64,000 nt of DNA. Source: Stegostoma tigrinum (taxonomy: Eukaryota). Location: positions 9,621,565 through 9,685,564 of the forward strand of contig NC_081393.1 of NCBI RefSeq assembly GCF_030684315.1, written 5' to 3'. Positions 29,901-42,584 of this stretch are shown in pieces. The number at the start of each line of letters is the position of its first letter. The stretch's first letter is position 1. The notes beneath the pieces were generated by a model that did no database searches, was not told where the DNA came from, and saw only the letters and a program-made list of their open reading frames with translations. The position numbers were made by a program, and so were the translations under genes.

Positions 29901-30120
29901 ATCTCTGACAAAGCCTGAAGCTCATCCCTCTAAAGGAAATGACTAACTCCCCAGGAACAGACAATGCAATAATAAAAAACTCTACATCACCTCGTATTGG
30001 GCCACAAATGGAATTAAATAGGAAACATTCTAAGACAAATCTTGATGTATGTGCTAAATATCAGTGAGTCTTGTTCTTAAATTTTTATTTTCATTAAGAC
30101 ATAAATATCGGCCATATTTC

Positions 30121-30218
30121 ATTCTGATGAATGAACACAGGACTCTAAACATCAACTCTGTTTTACTCTCAACAGATGCTGCCAAACCTGCTGAGTTTCT
30201 CCAGCACTTCGTTTTTAA
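30121..30218 (+). mobile_element. Older, second PLE-type terminal fragment
   Basis: CTGATGA...AAACATCAACTCTG...CAGATGCTGCCAAACCTGCTGAGTTTCTCCAGCA. A reverse-complement relative lies at 63910-64000. Confidence 0.55.
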
Positions 30219-30314
30219 TACAACCTTACTATACATCTTCTAATCCCAGTTTCGATGCCAGAAACTGCACGGACTTTGGCCTAACTCAGTGAAGCTTTAT
30301 TCTAAGCTCTTGGA

Positions 30315-30522
30315 AAGGTAAAGTCACCATCATCTGCCCAGACCACAGGCTGCACTCTCATTACAGGGGGGAAGACTCGGGGTTGTTCAACCTGAGGGGC
30401 ACCATATCTCAAATCAAGGGAGATGGTGAGAAGTAGAGTCCTTCAATGGTAACCTCAGCCAGTGCAGGAATTGAAACCACACTGCTGGCATCGTTCCACT
30501 TCAAACCAGCTGTCCAGCTCTA
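30315..30522 (-). mobile_element. Short tRNA-derived SINE-like element
   Basis: B-box-like GGAATTGAAACC and ATGGTAACCTCAGC. A diverged relative lies at ~6885-7030. Confidence 0.45.
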
Positions 30523-32952
30523 ATTCCCACAAGTTTGTATTCTAAAAGCCATACAAAACCACATCCAATCTCTCACCACTCCAAGCTTCTCACAATAAAT
30601 CTCACCTTTGCATCAACCTATCTACTCTCATCTGTGCAGAGCCGTGGGTTCATGCTTTCTAAAAAGTTCATAACAATTTTTTTTAAAATTCCTCAATTTT
30701 GCAACAAACTACAAACATCTTAAAGCCTTTGTCCACTCGAGTTGTCAGGCTAAAAATGCTAAAGCTTTGTTTTCCCACATGGTCGGTCACATGGTTTTGG
30801 TACTGTTGATTGAAATGCAATTACATCACTGACATAAGCACCAAATCTAACCTCATTCTCTTTACATGATGAAAGCTGTATGAGTGAGACAAGTAAAGCC
30901 ATACTTCGCATTACATGGAGCAAACCATTATCATTTTCTGGAAACATCAATGAATACGAATTCAGCTTAAAACAAATAACAGCATCTCTCTGACAAAAAA
31001 CACAACATTGTGTGTTCATGTACAGCATTTACCTCAGTTATAAATGTTGATATTTACATCAATATTTAAATTGAGATTCACTCCTCTGACAATCCACTTA
31101 GAGTGAGCAGACCCAGAATGTGTGGTGTCCAATCTACAGTGGCAGCAGTTCATGGGAACTATACTCATCACCTCTGTGCTTGCTAACCTATATTGACTCA
31201 CATTTAAGCTGCAATTCAATTTCAAAACTTGCTTCCTTATTTCAAATCCCTCGTGGTCTCACCTCTGGAACCACCTCTTTGTGGTCGACCGTCATTGGGC
31301 TCTTGATCCTTCTCAACTGTCACCACCCTTGGAAGCTATGCCTTCAGTTGCCCTGGGCCTGAGGTCCCAGATACTCTCTGCCTCTCTTTCTACCTTGCAA
31401 TGTTCCTTATATGGGGTGCTGTCGGATTTTACTTCAAAGGTGCAAAGCTTTTTCCATTTAAATAAAAACAGAAATAGACACATACCTTAGTTCAGCAAAC
31501 AGTGGTGCTAGACTCATTTGTTTCCCTGTGCGAAGGAAGGAAAGTAGCAATGGGAGTGGAACACAGATTACAATTTCTCAGTCCAGCTACTTCTGCTAAG
31601 CGAGTGAATATTAAAGGGAAACTGAACACTGATTCTTAGGGACAGATTGTTCACCAAAGATCACGCTCGTCAACACTCACGTGGGAACAATAGTCACATT
31701 CCTTAAGTGCTCATGATATAGTAGTGTCTACGAATCCAAAACACCGCACCAAAAATATGAGGCACGAGTTTCTAAGACAGTTGAAGAAAAATGATTTGAA
31801 TTCTATTTGGAATTATCTTTCTTAGGATAGAAAAGCACAAGACACAAGATTTCAGGTTCTCTTTGGCAAAACCTTGTCCTGTCTCTCAAAATGACTTGTA
31901 CCTTCATGTTTCCCCCTCTCACACCCTTCATTTGTGCGAAATACATAAGTGAAGACAAGGGTGAAAATGCAAGGTGGTGGGTCGCATCAGCTGACTCACC
32001 CTTGAACCAAAATATGGTTGTTTGGGCAGCAACAGAATAAATTTCCTCAACAAGAGTTCAGGAACCTTGCCAACAAAAATGGTATATCAAGTAGCTCTTC
32101 TCTTGAACAGTGTTTTTTATGGGACAGATAGGCAGCTGGAAAGGTTGCTTGACTCAAAACAAGTCTTTTTCACGTGAACTACATATTACAGTGTATACAG
32201 CAGAGAAATAGTTATTTGACTCAACACGTATACGTTCGAGACAGATCTCCTCCTACCCTTTGTGTGACCCCATGAAGATATTCTTCTGTTCCTTTTCCAT
32301 TCTGTATTCATCTGCTTTCTCCTTTAATGCACCTCTGCATTCTCATCACTCTGGGTTGTGTCTTTTCTCTCCTGAATTGCATAGTGAATTTAATTTGGAC
32401 TCTCCTTTATAATGGCTGAGTCGTGGTCGTGCCTGCAAATGCAAATATCATCTTCGCTTACGCACGTCAAACCTTCTCCTAATGTGAAAGACTTCCTGTT
32501 AACTCCAGTTGTTCTGTTTTATGGAATAAAGAACTCCAGACTACACAAGATTTCCAGATGGCTATTACCTCTAACATATGATTCCTTATTTGCCTGATGT
32601 CTAATCTGACCTCTGTTGAGTTGATAACTGTAGTAGGAGTGAGAACAGAGTTTCAGTTTGCAGTTTCCTTTCTTGCAAGTTAGTGGAAGCCCTGTTGAGC
32701 CTTGCTCCCAACCAAAAACTTGAACGTATACACTTGATCTCAAATCGTCTATAAGCCACCCACACCTCCCTGTCCTTCAGCGAAATAACCTGTCAATACT
32801 CAATGTCTAGACTCACACTTGTAGAGCAGCCACGTACTGGAAGATGCTTTTGGAACTGCATTCGAGCAAGAATCCACACCTTCAGAAAAGGAGAGAGGAC
32901 AGGTGAAGGGAATTAAATTACACACATATATGTAAAACTGAACATTAAATAT

Positions 32953-32958
32953 TTTATT
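32953..32958 (-). terminator. Candidate polyadenylation signal (AATAAA) for TMEM230
   Basis: First minus-strand AATAAA I found downstream of the TMEM230 stop; it would imply a ~1.8 kb 3' UTR. Confidence 0.35.
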
Positions 32959-33364
32959 TGGTGCATGTTGCACTGTTCACACCTGATGTATAAATAAAGT
33001 GAACCTGTTTACCCTGTGCCAAATCCTTTTCCAGAAAATCCCTATAGGTAGGCATCATTAGTCATACTCATGTTTTGGATCCTTTAGAATACTGCACTGT
33101 ACAGTGAATTAACAATTGGATAAAACAGATCACCAGTCAACAGGATTAGAACAGGTCAAGGAGGCTTATCAAATGACAGCCTCTGTTGATGGGCTAATTT
33201 GAACTCAGATGTTGAATGAAGGGAAAGAAAGGGGGGAAAAAAGTGACGATTTGAAGAGTGAGGATCCGTATCAGTAAAGTCATCATTTGCAGCATTCCTC
33301 TGCTTTGTTCTGGGTCGAGATCTATCTCCTGTGCATCACTCTATGTGACTGGGAAGATAGAGAC

Positions 33365-33715
33365 AGCATGGTAATCCAGAGACATGGACTAATGCTCTGA
33401 GGATATGAGCTCAAATTCCACCACGTGAAACTCAAATTCAAGGAATAAATCAGGAAATGAAAGCTAGTGTCAGTACTGACCATGAAATCATCAATTTCAA
33501 AAAAGCCTTTCTGGTTCACTCATGGCCTTTACGGAAGGATATTTGCCTTTCATACCTGGACTGAATGGTACGTGATTTTACATGCATCAATATATGGTTG
33601 CTCGCAACTCCCCTCTGAATGGTGTACCAAACCACACAGTTCAAATGTCAATCTGGGATGTAACAAAGGCGAGCCTTTCACACATCTAACCACATCTCTT
33701 CAAAGAATAATATAA
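33365..33715 (+). mobile_element. tRNA-derived SINE (second family)
   Basis: Collinear similarity to 2110-2470 and 42585-43125. Confidence 0.6.
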
Positions 33716-34772
33716 AGAGTCCATCTGCAACATTACAGGCTCTGAAGTCAGCCTGCAGTCCAAATCAAGCACATCATGTGCAATTTTGTGCCCCTTGAAT
33801 GGATAATCAATGCCACAAAGGCAGCAGAACTACTGCTGGAGCATCAACAGGTTGATATTAGCATTCAAATTGTTGCCAAATTTTCCTTGGGTTTTGCAGT
33901 GTCTCTCACATAAGGAGCTACGGGTGCACAGACAAGAAAAATGCAGCCTATGATTACTCAAATCTTCACCATCCCTACCCCAAGGGAACCCTGCCATGCC
34001 AAACCAGATTGAGAGTTGCAAATGTGAATTTGCACAAAGTGTGAATCTGACACAGTACAAACACAGAGTGAGGAGTGGCAGGTCAGCAGAGTGACACTCC
34101 CCATTAATACAACAATAGCATTCAAAATGCAATTCAGTGGAACATAATGCAGAACCTTGAAGAAGAAAACATCTTATGACACTAAGGCAGGATTCAATGC
34201 TTAAATCTAACTTGTTCCTTCATTATTGGATATTTGACATTCCATCTGTGTTCAAAGTACCGGGTCCCATTTAGTTGAAACATATGAACAAAAGTATGGC
34301 TCAACAGTTTGAATACAGTGTACTGATGGAGACACAACATTGCCTCTTCTTGCAAATGCTCACATTGTTGCGATGTGATTTAGGATTCTTGGACTGGTAC
34401 CATGAGTTGCAGTGCTGAGGCTGCACAAACTTGATTCTAATTGGGATCCTGCCTCCTCCAGTGTAAACTCACCAGTCCACAAATTACCATATATACGATA
34501 TATACAAAGTTTTTCTGAAGGTCGGAGGAATGACTTTGAAAACCCATTAAAAATTCAATCTGGAAGTATCCAAATCAGTCAAAATTTCAAATATAGATCT
34601 GATTAGCAGGGGAATGAAGCTGGCCCTTGAAAAACCACCTTATTGTTACATAGCTGTAAATTCTGTTTGGTGCAATCCAGCCATTAGGAATGAATGCTTC
34701 CTAATCCTATTCATCACAAACAGCCTTACAGCAGACTGCATACAACAGGTGGTCAAAGGAAGAGAACAGTGT

Positions 34773-34913
34773 TCAGTCATCAAAGTCTGGGATGTCATCA
34801 TAGGAGTAGCCTCTATATCCTCTTGAAGCATAGTATGCAATCCGAAGATGGTAAAAGCCAGGTAGGAAAACCAGGATTCCGATGATCAGCACTGGCCAGG
34901 TTGTGTCACTATA
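34773..34913 (-). CDS. TMEM230: TMEM230 last coding exon ([46 protein letters not shown])
   Basis: Acceptor tttttttctcttccag|TAT; 141 nt including TGA. The C-terminal peptide is nearly identical to vertebrate TMEM230 ([40 protein letters not shown]). Confidence 0.95.
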   Translation of the reverse strand, partial: YSDTTWPVLIIGILVFLPGFYHLRIAYYASRGYRGYSYDDIPDFDD

Positions 34914-35108
34914 CTGGAAGAGAAAAAAATGGAATCACTGATTTTTTTTTGTAAAAGCAAAGGCACTTTTTGTCCAGTCGAAAAGAAGAGTTGTTCACTG
35001 AGGTTGGTGGTGTTCTCGGAAGTGGAACGCTCTGATTTCAGATCCAACTCATATTCATGGCAATTACAGTCTCTGGTTGTAGGTTTAAAGTAACCTACTA
35101 ACCCTGAG

Positions 35109-35110
<2 letters not shown>

Positions 35111-35142
<32 letters not shown>
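35111..35142 (+). repeat. (GACA)8 microsatellite in the last TMEM230 intron
   Basis: Directly visible perfect tetranucleotide repeat. Confidence 0.95.
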
Positions 35143-35143
<1 letters not shown>

Positions 35144-35267
35144 TCTCCAATAATTTAGCTCCAAGTGTGCATACGTTTGAAAAACACAGCTGCTTTTAAT
35201 CCAACAATTAGCTATTTTATTCTGGACGCGAATTGGAAATGCAAGATGTTACAAACATGTCACTCAC

Positions 35268-35390
35268 CGAACTGTTAATATACCCAGTCAGCAGAAGAGC
35301 ACCAATGGTAATCAGCAATGAGCCAATCACAAACAAGACAGTTGCTAATGCAATTGCTTTGTATGGAATTTTTGTTGGAAGCTTCTTAAA
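35268..35390 (-). CDS. TMEM230: TMEM230 middle coding exon ([41 protein letters not shown])
   Basis: ctccccacag|TTT...TCG|gtgagt, 123 nt, phase 0/0. Matches TMEM230 [14 protein letters not shown] and the first transmembrane helix. Confidence 0.95.
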
Positions 35391-35694
35391 CTGTGGGGAG
35401 GATAAAATAAACCATTAAAATTTGTTGATAATTTGGGATAAATTATATAATAAAGGCACTATATAAATGCACAGGGTTGCTTTTCACAAACCATCAATTT
35501 TCCAATACCTCTCAAGTTCTTTCTGCAAATGTGTTTCAAAAGTACTTCGTTGGTTGTGGATGGAGATCGTCATCAGATCATCAAAGCTATGAAATAAAAT
35601 CATCTTTTCTTGCCTCATCTCTCAGCGTCTACTTTTATAATATTTTTATTTCCTTCTCTTACGAGGGCACCAAGTGTTTGTTTTTAGTTTCAAG

Positions 35695-37800
35695 TGGACT
35701 GTGACCGACAAGTTGGTGATGAGCTGCCTTCTTGAACCACTGCAATACATGTGCTGCAGATAGACCCACAGTGCCGTAGGGAGGGAATTTCAGGATTTTC
35801 ATTCAGTGAAAGATCAGCAATATATTTCCAAGTCAGCATTTTGGGTGGCTTGGAGGGGAACTCGCAAATGGTCGTATTCCCATTTATCTGCTGGCCTTGT
35901 CCTTCAAAATGGAAGTGCGGAGGTAGTTTTGAAGGCACTGTCTCAAGATATTGAGTAAATTTCTGCAGTATATTTCGTATATTGTACACTGCTCCTGACT
36001 GTCAGTGGTAGAGGGAGTGGATGCTTATGGATGTGGTACCAATCAAGTCGACTTCTTTGTCTTGGTAGTATTATTGGAGCTGCACCCATCCAGATAAATG
36101 GGAGTATTCTGACTCGTGCCTTGTAGATTGTGGCCTGGCTTTGGGGAATCAGGTTAGGAGTTAAGCACTGCAGAATTCCTAGCCTCTGACCTGCTGTTGT
36201 GGCTACTAGATTTCTCTGGCAAGTTCAGTCGAGTTTGTGGTCAACAGTGGGGGTGATATGTGATAGATAGCAGGGAATTCAGTGATGTTGACACCAAAGT
36301 TGAATGTGAGGGGGTGGTGGTATGGTTGTCTCTTATTGGACAATAAGATTGCCTGGCATTTGCGTGGCATGAATCTCAACTGCCACTTATCTGAGCAAGC
36401 CTGGATGTTGTCCAGGCCATGTTCAAACACAACCTCGACTGCTTTACTAGCTGAGGAGTCGCAAATGGTGCTGATCATTGTGCCAACATCAGTGAACATT
36501 GCCCAATTTTGACATGATTATGGAGGAAAGGTCATTGATGAAGCAGGTGAAGATGGTTGGGCCTATGACACTCCCAAGGAACTCCTGCAAAGGTGTTCTG
36601 GAGCTGAGATGACTTATCTCTAATACCACAACAATCTTTGTATGTGCTAGGTGTTACTCCAACCAATGGAGAGTTTCCCCTAATTTCCACCGACTCCAGT
36701 TTTTCCTCGGACTCTGATGCCACACTCAGTCGAATGCAGGCTTCCTGCCAAGAGCAGTCATTTCACCTCAGTTCTGGAATTCAGCTCTTCTGTCCAAGTT
36801 TGAACCCTGGCTGTAATAAAGGCAGGAGCCGAGTGGCCCTGGCAGAACCCAACTGGGCGTCACTGAGCAAGTTATTGCTGCTTGATAGCACTGTTGATGA
36901 CAACTTCCATCACATCACTAATATGGAGAGTAGGCTGATGGGGTGGTAAGTGGCCAGGTGGACTTGTACTGTTTTCTTTGCGCAGGACCTACCCGAGTAA
37001 TTTTCCACATTGTCAGGTCAATGCCAGTATTGCAGCTGCACGCCAAAGGTGTGGCGGGTTCTAGAGCTGAAGTCTTCAGTACAATTGCTGGAATGTTGTC
37101 AAGGACCATAGTCTTTGCAGTACCGAGTGCTTCCAACCGTTTCTTGATATCACAGGGAGTGAATCGAATTGGCTGAAGACTGGTATCTGTCAGGTTGGGG
37201 ACCACTGGAGGAGGGTGAGATGGATCATCAACTTGGCACGTATGCCTGAAAATTGATGTGAATGCTTCAGCCTTCTGTTTTATTTAATTGTCCACCACCC
37301 ATTCACGACTGGATGTGATGTAAGTGCAGAGCTCAGATCCGATCCAATAATTGTGGGATCACCTAGTTCTATAATTTGCTACTTATGGTGTTTGGCAGAC
37401 AAGTCATCTGCTTGGTACCTTCGCTAGGTGGACACCTCACTTTTTGTTGTGCCTGTTGCCACTCCTACCATGTCCTCCTGCACTCTGCATTGAACACCAG
37501 GGTAATGGTAATGGTTGAGTGGGGGATATTACTGCTGTTGATGGCCCAGAACACCTCAAAGACGCCCAACCTTGAGTTGCTAAATCTGTTCCAAGTCTGT
37601 CCCATTTAACTTGGTCAGAGTGCCACACAATACAATGGAGGATATTCTCAATGAGAAGGCAGGACATGGTCTCCACGAGGACTGTGCATGATCACTCTTA
37701 CCAATACTGTCAGGGACAGATGCATCTGTAGCCTGCAAATTCGTATGAATGAGGTCGACTAGGTTTTCCATCTTGTTGGTTCCCTCACCACCCAGTCTCG
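35695..37800 (-). mobile_element. Second LINE family (CR1/L2 group) ORF2, decayed
   Basis: Minus-strand DNIPAIVLKT.A.E.ATPLA, MF.D..T and .SDKWQ..F.P.KCQ motifs. Its endonuclease part resumes at ~39725-40080. Confidence 0.8.
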
Positions 37801-39722
37801 CAACGAAGCTGACAAGCGGAGTCAGGGACAGCATGAAAGCAAAAGAAAAAGCGTACAATATTGTAAACATTAGTGGGAAACCAGAGGATTGGGAAGCCTG
37901 TAAAAACCGCCAAAAGATTGCCTTTTTTAAAAAAAGTTGTCAGGGGGACAAGACGAAATATAAGGGTAAGGTAGCTCATCAAGTACAAGATGATTACAAT
38001 TTTTTAGATATATAAAAAGGTACGGGAGAGGTATGAGTAGTCAATGGACCACTGGAAAATGAGGCTGGAGAAGTAGGAATAGGAAATTAAATAGTGACTT
38101 TGCTGCAGTTATCATGGTGGAAGACACCAGTAGCAGACGAGAACTTCAAAACAATCAGCGGTGGGGGGGCAGAGGTTAGTGTAGTAGCCATCACTAAGGA
38201 TAAGGTGATGGAGAAGCTGTAAGGTCTAAAGGTGGGAAAGTCACCTGGAGCAGATGGGCTAATTCCCAGAATTCTAAAGCAAATAGCTGAGGAAATTTAA
38301 GCATTTGTGGTGATCTTTCAGGAATCACTGGAGTCAGAGAAGGTCCCAGAGGACAACAAAATAGCTAATGTAAAACCCCTGTTTAAAAAGGGAGGGAAAC
38401 AGAAAACAAGAAATTATTAGCCAGTCAGTGTCACCTCAATTGAACATGGAGTTTGTTTTAAGTGCTTGGCTTCATCAAGGGGAGGTCATGCTGAACAAAT
38501 CTGTTCGAATGCTTTGAGGAGGCAATAGCAATTTACACTAAGGAGAGCCAGTGGATGTGATCTATTTGGATTTCCAGAAGGCCTTTGATAAGGTGTTGCT
38601 CAGGAGGCTATGAAATAAGCAAAGTGTGCTTGGTGTTCAGATGAATTATTGGCATGGATACAGCATTGGCTGTCTGGCATAAGGCAGAGTGTGAGAAAAA
38701 TGGGGTCATTTTCAGGATGGCAGCTAGTGATCAGTGGAGTTCCATGGGTGTCAGCATTTTGACCACAACTATTCATTTATATATGAATGACCTGGACAAA
38801 GAAACAGAGGGCATTTTGGTTAATTTTGCATATGATACAAAGAAGGCTGGAGTCAGAGATAGTTTTGAAGAAATGCAGAGGCTGCGGAAGGACTCAGACA
38901 GTTTAGCAGAGTGGGCAAAGAAATGGCAGTTGGAATACAATGTGGAAAACTGTGGACTTTATGCACTTAAATAGGACGAAGAGAGACACGACCACTTTCT
39001 AAACAGGAAAGGCACAGAAATCTGAAGCACAAAGGGACTTGGGAGCCCTAATTCAGGATTCTGTTCAGGTTAGCATGCAAGTTAACTGTCAGAAAATGCA
39101 ATGTTAGCACTCATTTCTAGTGGGCTAGAATACGACAGCAGAGATATACTGCTGAGTCTGTATAATTCTGTGGTCAGACTGTATTTGGAATACTGTGAGC
39201 AGTTATGGGCCCAGTATCTAAGGAAGGATATGCTGACCCTGGAGGGGATCCAGAGGAATTTTACAAGAATGATCCTGGGGATGAAGGGCTTGTAATATGT
39301 GGAGCAGTTGAGGACCCTGGGTCTGTACTCAATGGAGTTTAGAAGGATTGGTAGGGGGGGAATCTCATGGAAACTTACGGGATACAAAGGCCTGGACGGA
39401 GCGAGCGTGGAAATATTTCCACTTGTCGGAGACAGCGAGACCCGAAGGCACAGTATTAGAGTGAAGGGGCAACCCTTTAGAAGGAATATGCAAAGGAATT
39501 TCCTCAGCCAGAGTGTGGTGAGTCTATGGAACTCATTGCCACAAAAGGCTGTAAAGGCCAAATCACTGAGTGTATGAGAGACACAGACAGATAGGTTTTT
39601 GATTGCTAAGGGGATCAAGGGTTATGAGGAGAAAGCAGGAGAATGAGGTTGAGAAATGTATCAGATGTATCAGACTCAATGGGCAGAATGGCCTAATGCT
39701 GCCCATATATCTCATCGTTCTG
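37800..39722 (+). mobile_element. CR1/HER1-type LINE nested in the older LINE
   Basis: KSPG.DG..PRILK, DVIYLDFQKAFDKV, NDLD, FAYDTK and LEYC.Q.W motifs, followed by a 3' tail. Confidence 0.9.
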
Positions 39723-39724
39723 CA

Positions 39725-40080
39725 ATCTGTCCTGTTTCGGATCCAACCAGCATGATCAGTAGGAGGTTCCTTGCCTATGTTAAAACTAATTCCATGAGAC
39801 TTCATGGGGTCTGGAATTAATTTTGAGGACTCCTAGGGCAGCTCCCTCCCTCCCTCCCGACTGTCTCCCAAGTGCTGCAACTCTGCTGCATCGGTCCTGC
39901 CAGTAGGACAGGACATATCCAGGGGTGAAGATGGACATGGTTGTTCCTGGTACATTGTCTGTCAAGTCTGATTCCATAGCTACAAATATGTCAGGCTGTT
40001 GCTGTGAGACAACTCTCCCAATTCTGGGACTACGCTGATGTTATTGAGGAGGACTGTGCAAAGTCAACAAGCTATTTTTG
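39725..40080 (-). mobile_element. Endonuclease part of the LINE at 35695-37800
   Basis: ES.LTDNVP.TT..I..PGYVLS..QDR, an APE-like segment on the same strand as the interrupted element. Confidence 0.65.
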
Positions 40081-40149
40081 TCATTGTTGTTTGTGGTGAC
40101 CAAGCTGTTGTCTTGTGGTGTTTGGTTTCACGTCCTTGAGACTTTGTAG

Positions 40150-40440
40150 CGATTGAAAGAACTGAATGGCTTGCTCTGCCATTTCAGAGTCCACCACACT
40201 GCTATGACTCTGGCATCGCATGTAAGCTAGATAGGCGAAGACAGCAGATATCCTTCCCTGAAAGACATCAGTGAACCAGATACAATTTCCTGACAATCAA
40301 TAATGATTTCATAGTCTTCATAAATTCTTAAATCCACATATTCTGTTGAGTTCAAATTCCAGCATCTGCTGCAGCAGGATTCAAACTCAGGTCCCCAAGA
40401 TATGAGGTGATTTTCTGTATTAATAATCTAGCAGTAATGC
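40150..40440 (-). mobile_element. tRNA-derived SINE (second family)
   Basis: Reverse complement of the same motifs (TTCCCTGAAAGACATCAGTGAACCAGAT, GGATTCAAACTCAGGTCCCCA). Confidence 0.55.
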
Positions 40441-40768
40441 TAGGCTGTGTTGCTCAATTTCCCTGTAATAGCACACTTCATTCAAGCTTAATTCTTCATA
40501 GGTGACTTCACTCTAGTGTTGGATGGCTATTCAACTGTCCAAACCCTGAAAACATGGCAAATCCTCCCAGCTGTCATGTCCACCTTGAGTAAATGCAACT
40601 CGGCAATGAGTTAGAGCCAAGGCAGTTTCTTATTTAAAAATGCATCAAAAAGGCTAAATTTACCTTTCATTGAGATCAATTGCCTACCCATCAATCAAAC
40701 AACTAACCAGCAGTATTCCTCCTGGAACTGAATCAGAGACGAAGTACATAGTGTTTGAAGTCAAATCT

Positions 40769-41090
40769 GGGGCAACACGGTGGCCCAGTGGATAGCACTA
40801 CTGACTCACAGCATCAGCGTTCGATTTCACCCTTGGGTGACTCCCTGTGTGGAGTTTGCACATTCTCCCCATCTGTGTGGGTTTCCTCCAGCTGCTCCAG
40901 TTTCCTCCATCATTCCAAAGAAGCTCAGGTCAGGTTGGTTGGCTATGCTAAATTGCCTATCGTGTCTTGGGTGGGAAATGCAGGGATAGGGTACAAGATG
41001 GGCCTGGTTGGGATGCTCTTCAAAGGGTTAGTACAGACTCAATGGGCCAAATGGCCTTCTTCCACACTGTCAGGATTCTATGAAATTCTA
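40769..41090 (+). mobile_element. HE1-like V-SINE in a TMEM230 intron
   Basis: Same head, V-domain and tail as 6098-6445. Confidence 0.82.
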
Positions 41091-41200
41091 TCACTGGCCA
41101 ATCAGCTTTACGGGGATATAAACCATGTATACAGTGTACTGAAAAGAAGTTTACGATTACTTCAACGGAGTGTACTCAAGAATCATTGTTCGGAACTAAC

Positions 41201-41299
41201 CTGCAGGTCGATGTAACCTTCATCACTGTCTGCAAGCTTGGAGTACTTCACTTTACTGCTGGAGACCCCAGCAGCAGCGTTGTTTCGCGAAGGCATCAT
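41201..41299 (-). CDS. TMEM230: TMEM230 first coding exon ([33 protein letters not shown])
   Basis: The exon spans 41317-41201, with acceptor ttctctcgttctag| and donor CAG|gttagt. Peptide matches the TMEM230 N-terminus MMPSR...SSKVKYS.L...D.GYIDLQ. The three exons give 33+41+46 = 120 aa. Confidence 0.95.
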
Positions 41300-41770
41300 A
41301 ACACAGTTTGTCAACAACTAGAACGAGAGAAGACGACGATAAAGAGAGACTGACAGATTCGCAAAACACACAGAACTGTAGCAGGTGAAACCATTTCCCC
41401 TCTATAATGAGCTGGGTACAAACAGCTATTTGGGGGTGAACGTCCACATGATCCTGCACGAATGTCCAAGAGCAACCATTTCATATAGAAGGCTCCCAAA
41501 GGTAGCAACGGAATTTTTCATCTCCATTCCCTAAACAAGGTATTTGAATTTCAGCCTGAACCTTGACCTTCTCTCTTGAAGAAGGCCTTGGATCCAGGAC
41601 CCAAACCATAGTTCATTGACCAGCCAGAAGCTGTCACGGGATATCACACATGCCACATTCCCTCACAAACGAACAGGTCAGACCTAACATGCACAAAAAA
41701 GGTGGACTCGATGGTAAGTCCGAACCGTTTTTAAAAAAATCCCTTGTTCGCGCGATTAGGCCTCCGTTAC

Positions 41771-41880
41771 CTGTGAACTGGGTCCATCTTCTCCTCACAA
41801 CAACCTACTTCCTGTCTGTTCATCACAAGCCTCCGCTCCCGCACAAACGGTCGTAACAATGATTCCGCCCCAAACAAACG
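41771..41880 (-). promoter_or_regulatory. TMEM230: Probable non-coding exon 1 and proximal promoter of TMEM230
   Basis: Minus-strand donor CAG|gtaacg at 41771, local CpG enrichment and an ETS-like ACTTCCTG (41807-41814). The upstream boundary is not determinable. Confidence 0.6.
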
Positions 41881-42584
41881 TTCCCATCTACTTCTCAACA
41901 CTTTTGTTCACTTCAATTGCAGTAGGAATCCATCAGGATATGTTTCGTTTTCTCCTCGTATTTGGAAAACACATCAGTTTGCACACAACGTGAAGAAATT
42001 ACTTTGATTAAGGTTTCCACATCCAAATTTAGGAAAAAAATTACCCTCATTTATCCCTGTATCAGAAACTGTTTTAATTATTCTTCTGAAAAATCCACAA
42101 GTAAATCCTCATTTGCATGTTTGCCAATTTCACATCTTCACGGCAACATTTTTAACATAACAGATTTCAACTCTCTTCCTTCCTCCTAGGACTTTAGACC
42201 CTCCGTTTTATCTGTTAAATGTTGACTTGCAGACCCTGAATTCCCATGAAGACTATTCTTTTAAATTTTTGAAATTCTCCTCAGTCCCAACAATTGACAT
42301 TTCACATCTAAAAGTTCAGCAGTACTCTTTGCCTCTCAGCCAAGTACTTTACAGAGCAAGAATTGAGGGTCCACAGCACAGATCGTAAAAAGATGAACAT
42401 GCAGCTTGGAGCTGAAAAGCCTGAGCATAAGCACCTCCAAATGCATTTTTGGCTTGAAATTTGGTAGTACAGCAATTTGTAATTGTTTCTGTTCATGTTT
42501 GCTGCAAGCATTTAAGTTTGCTTTCTGAATACTGTCAAGGAGCCTTCAATGTAGCAGACAATGTTTCTGGTTTTGCCCTGGCAG

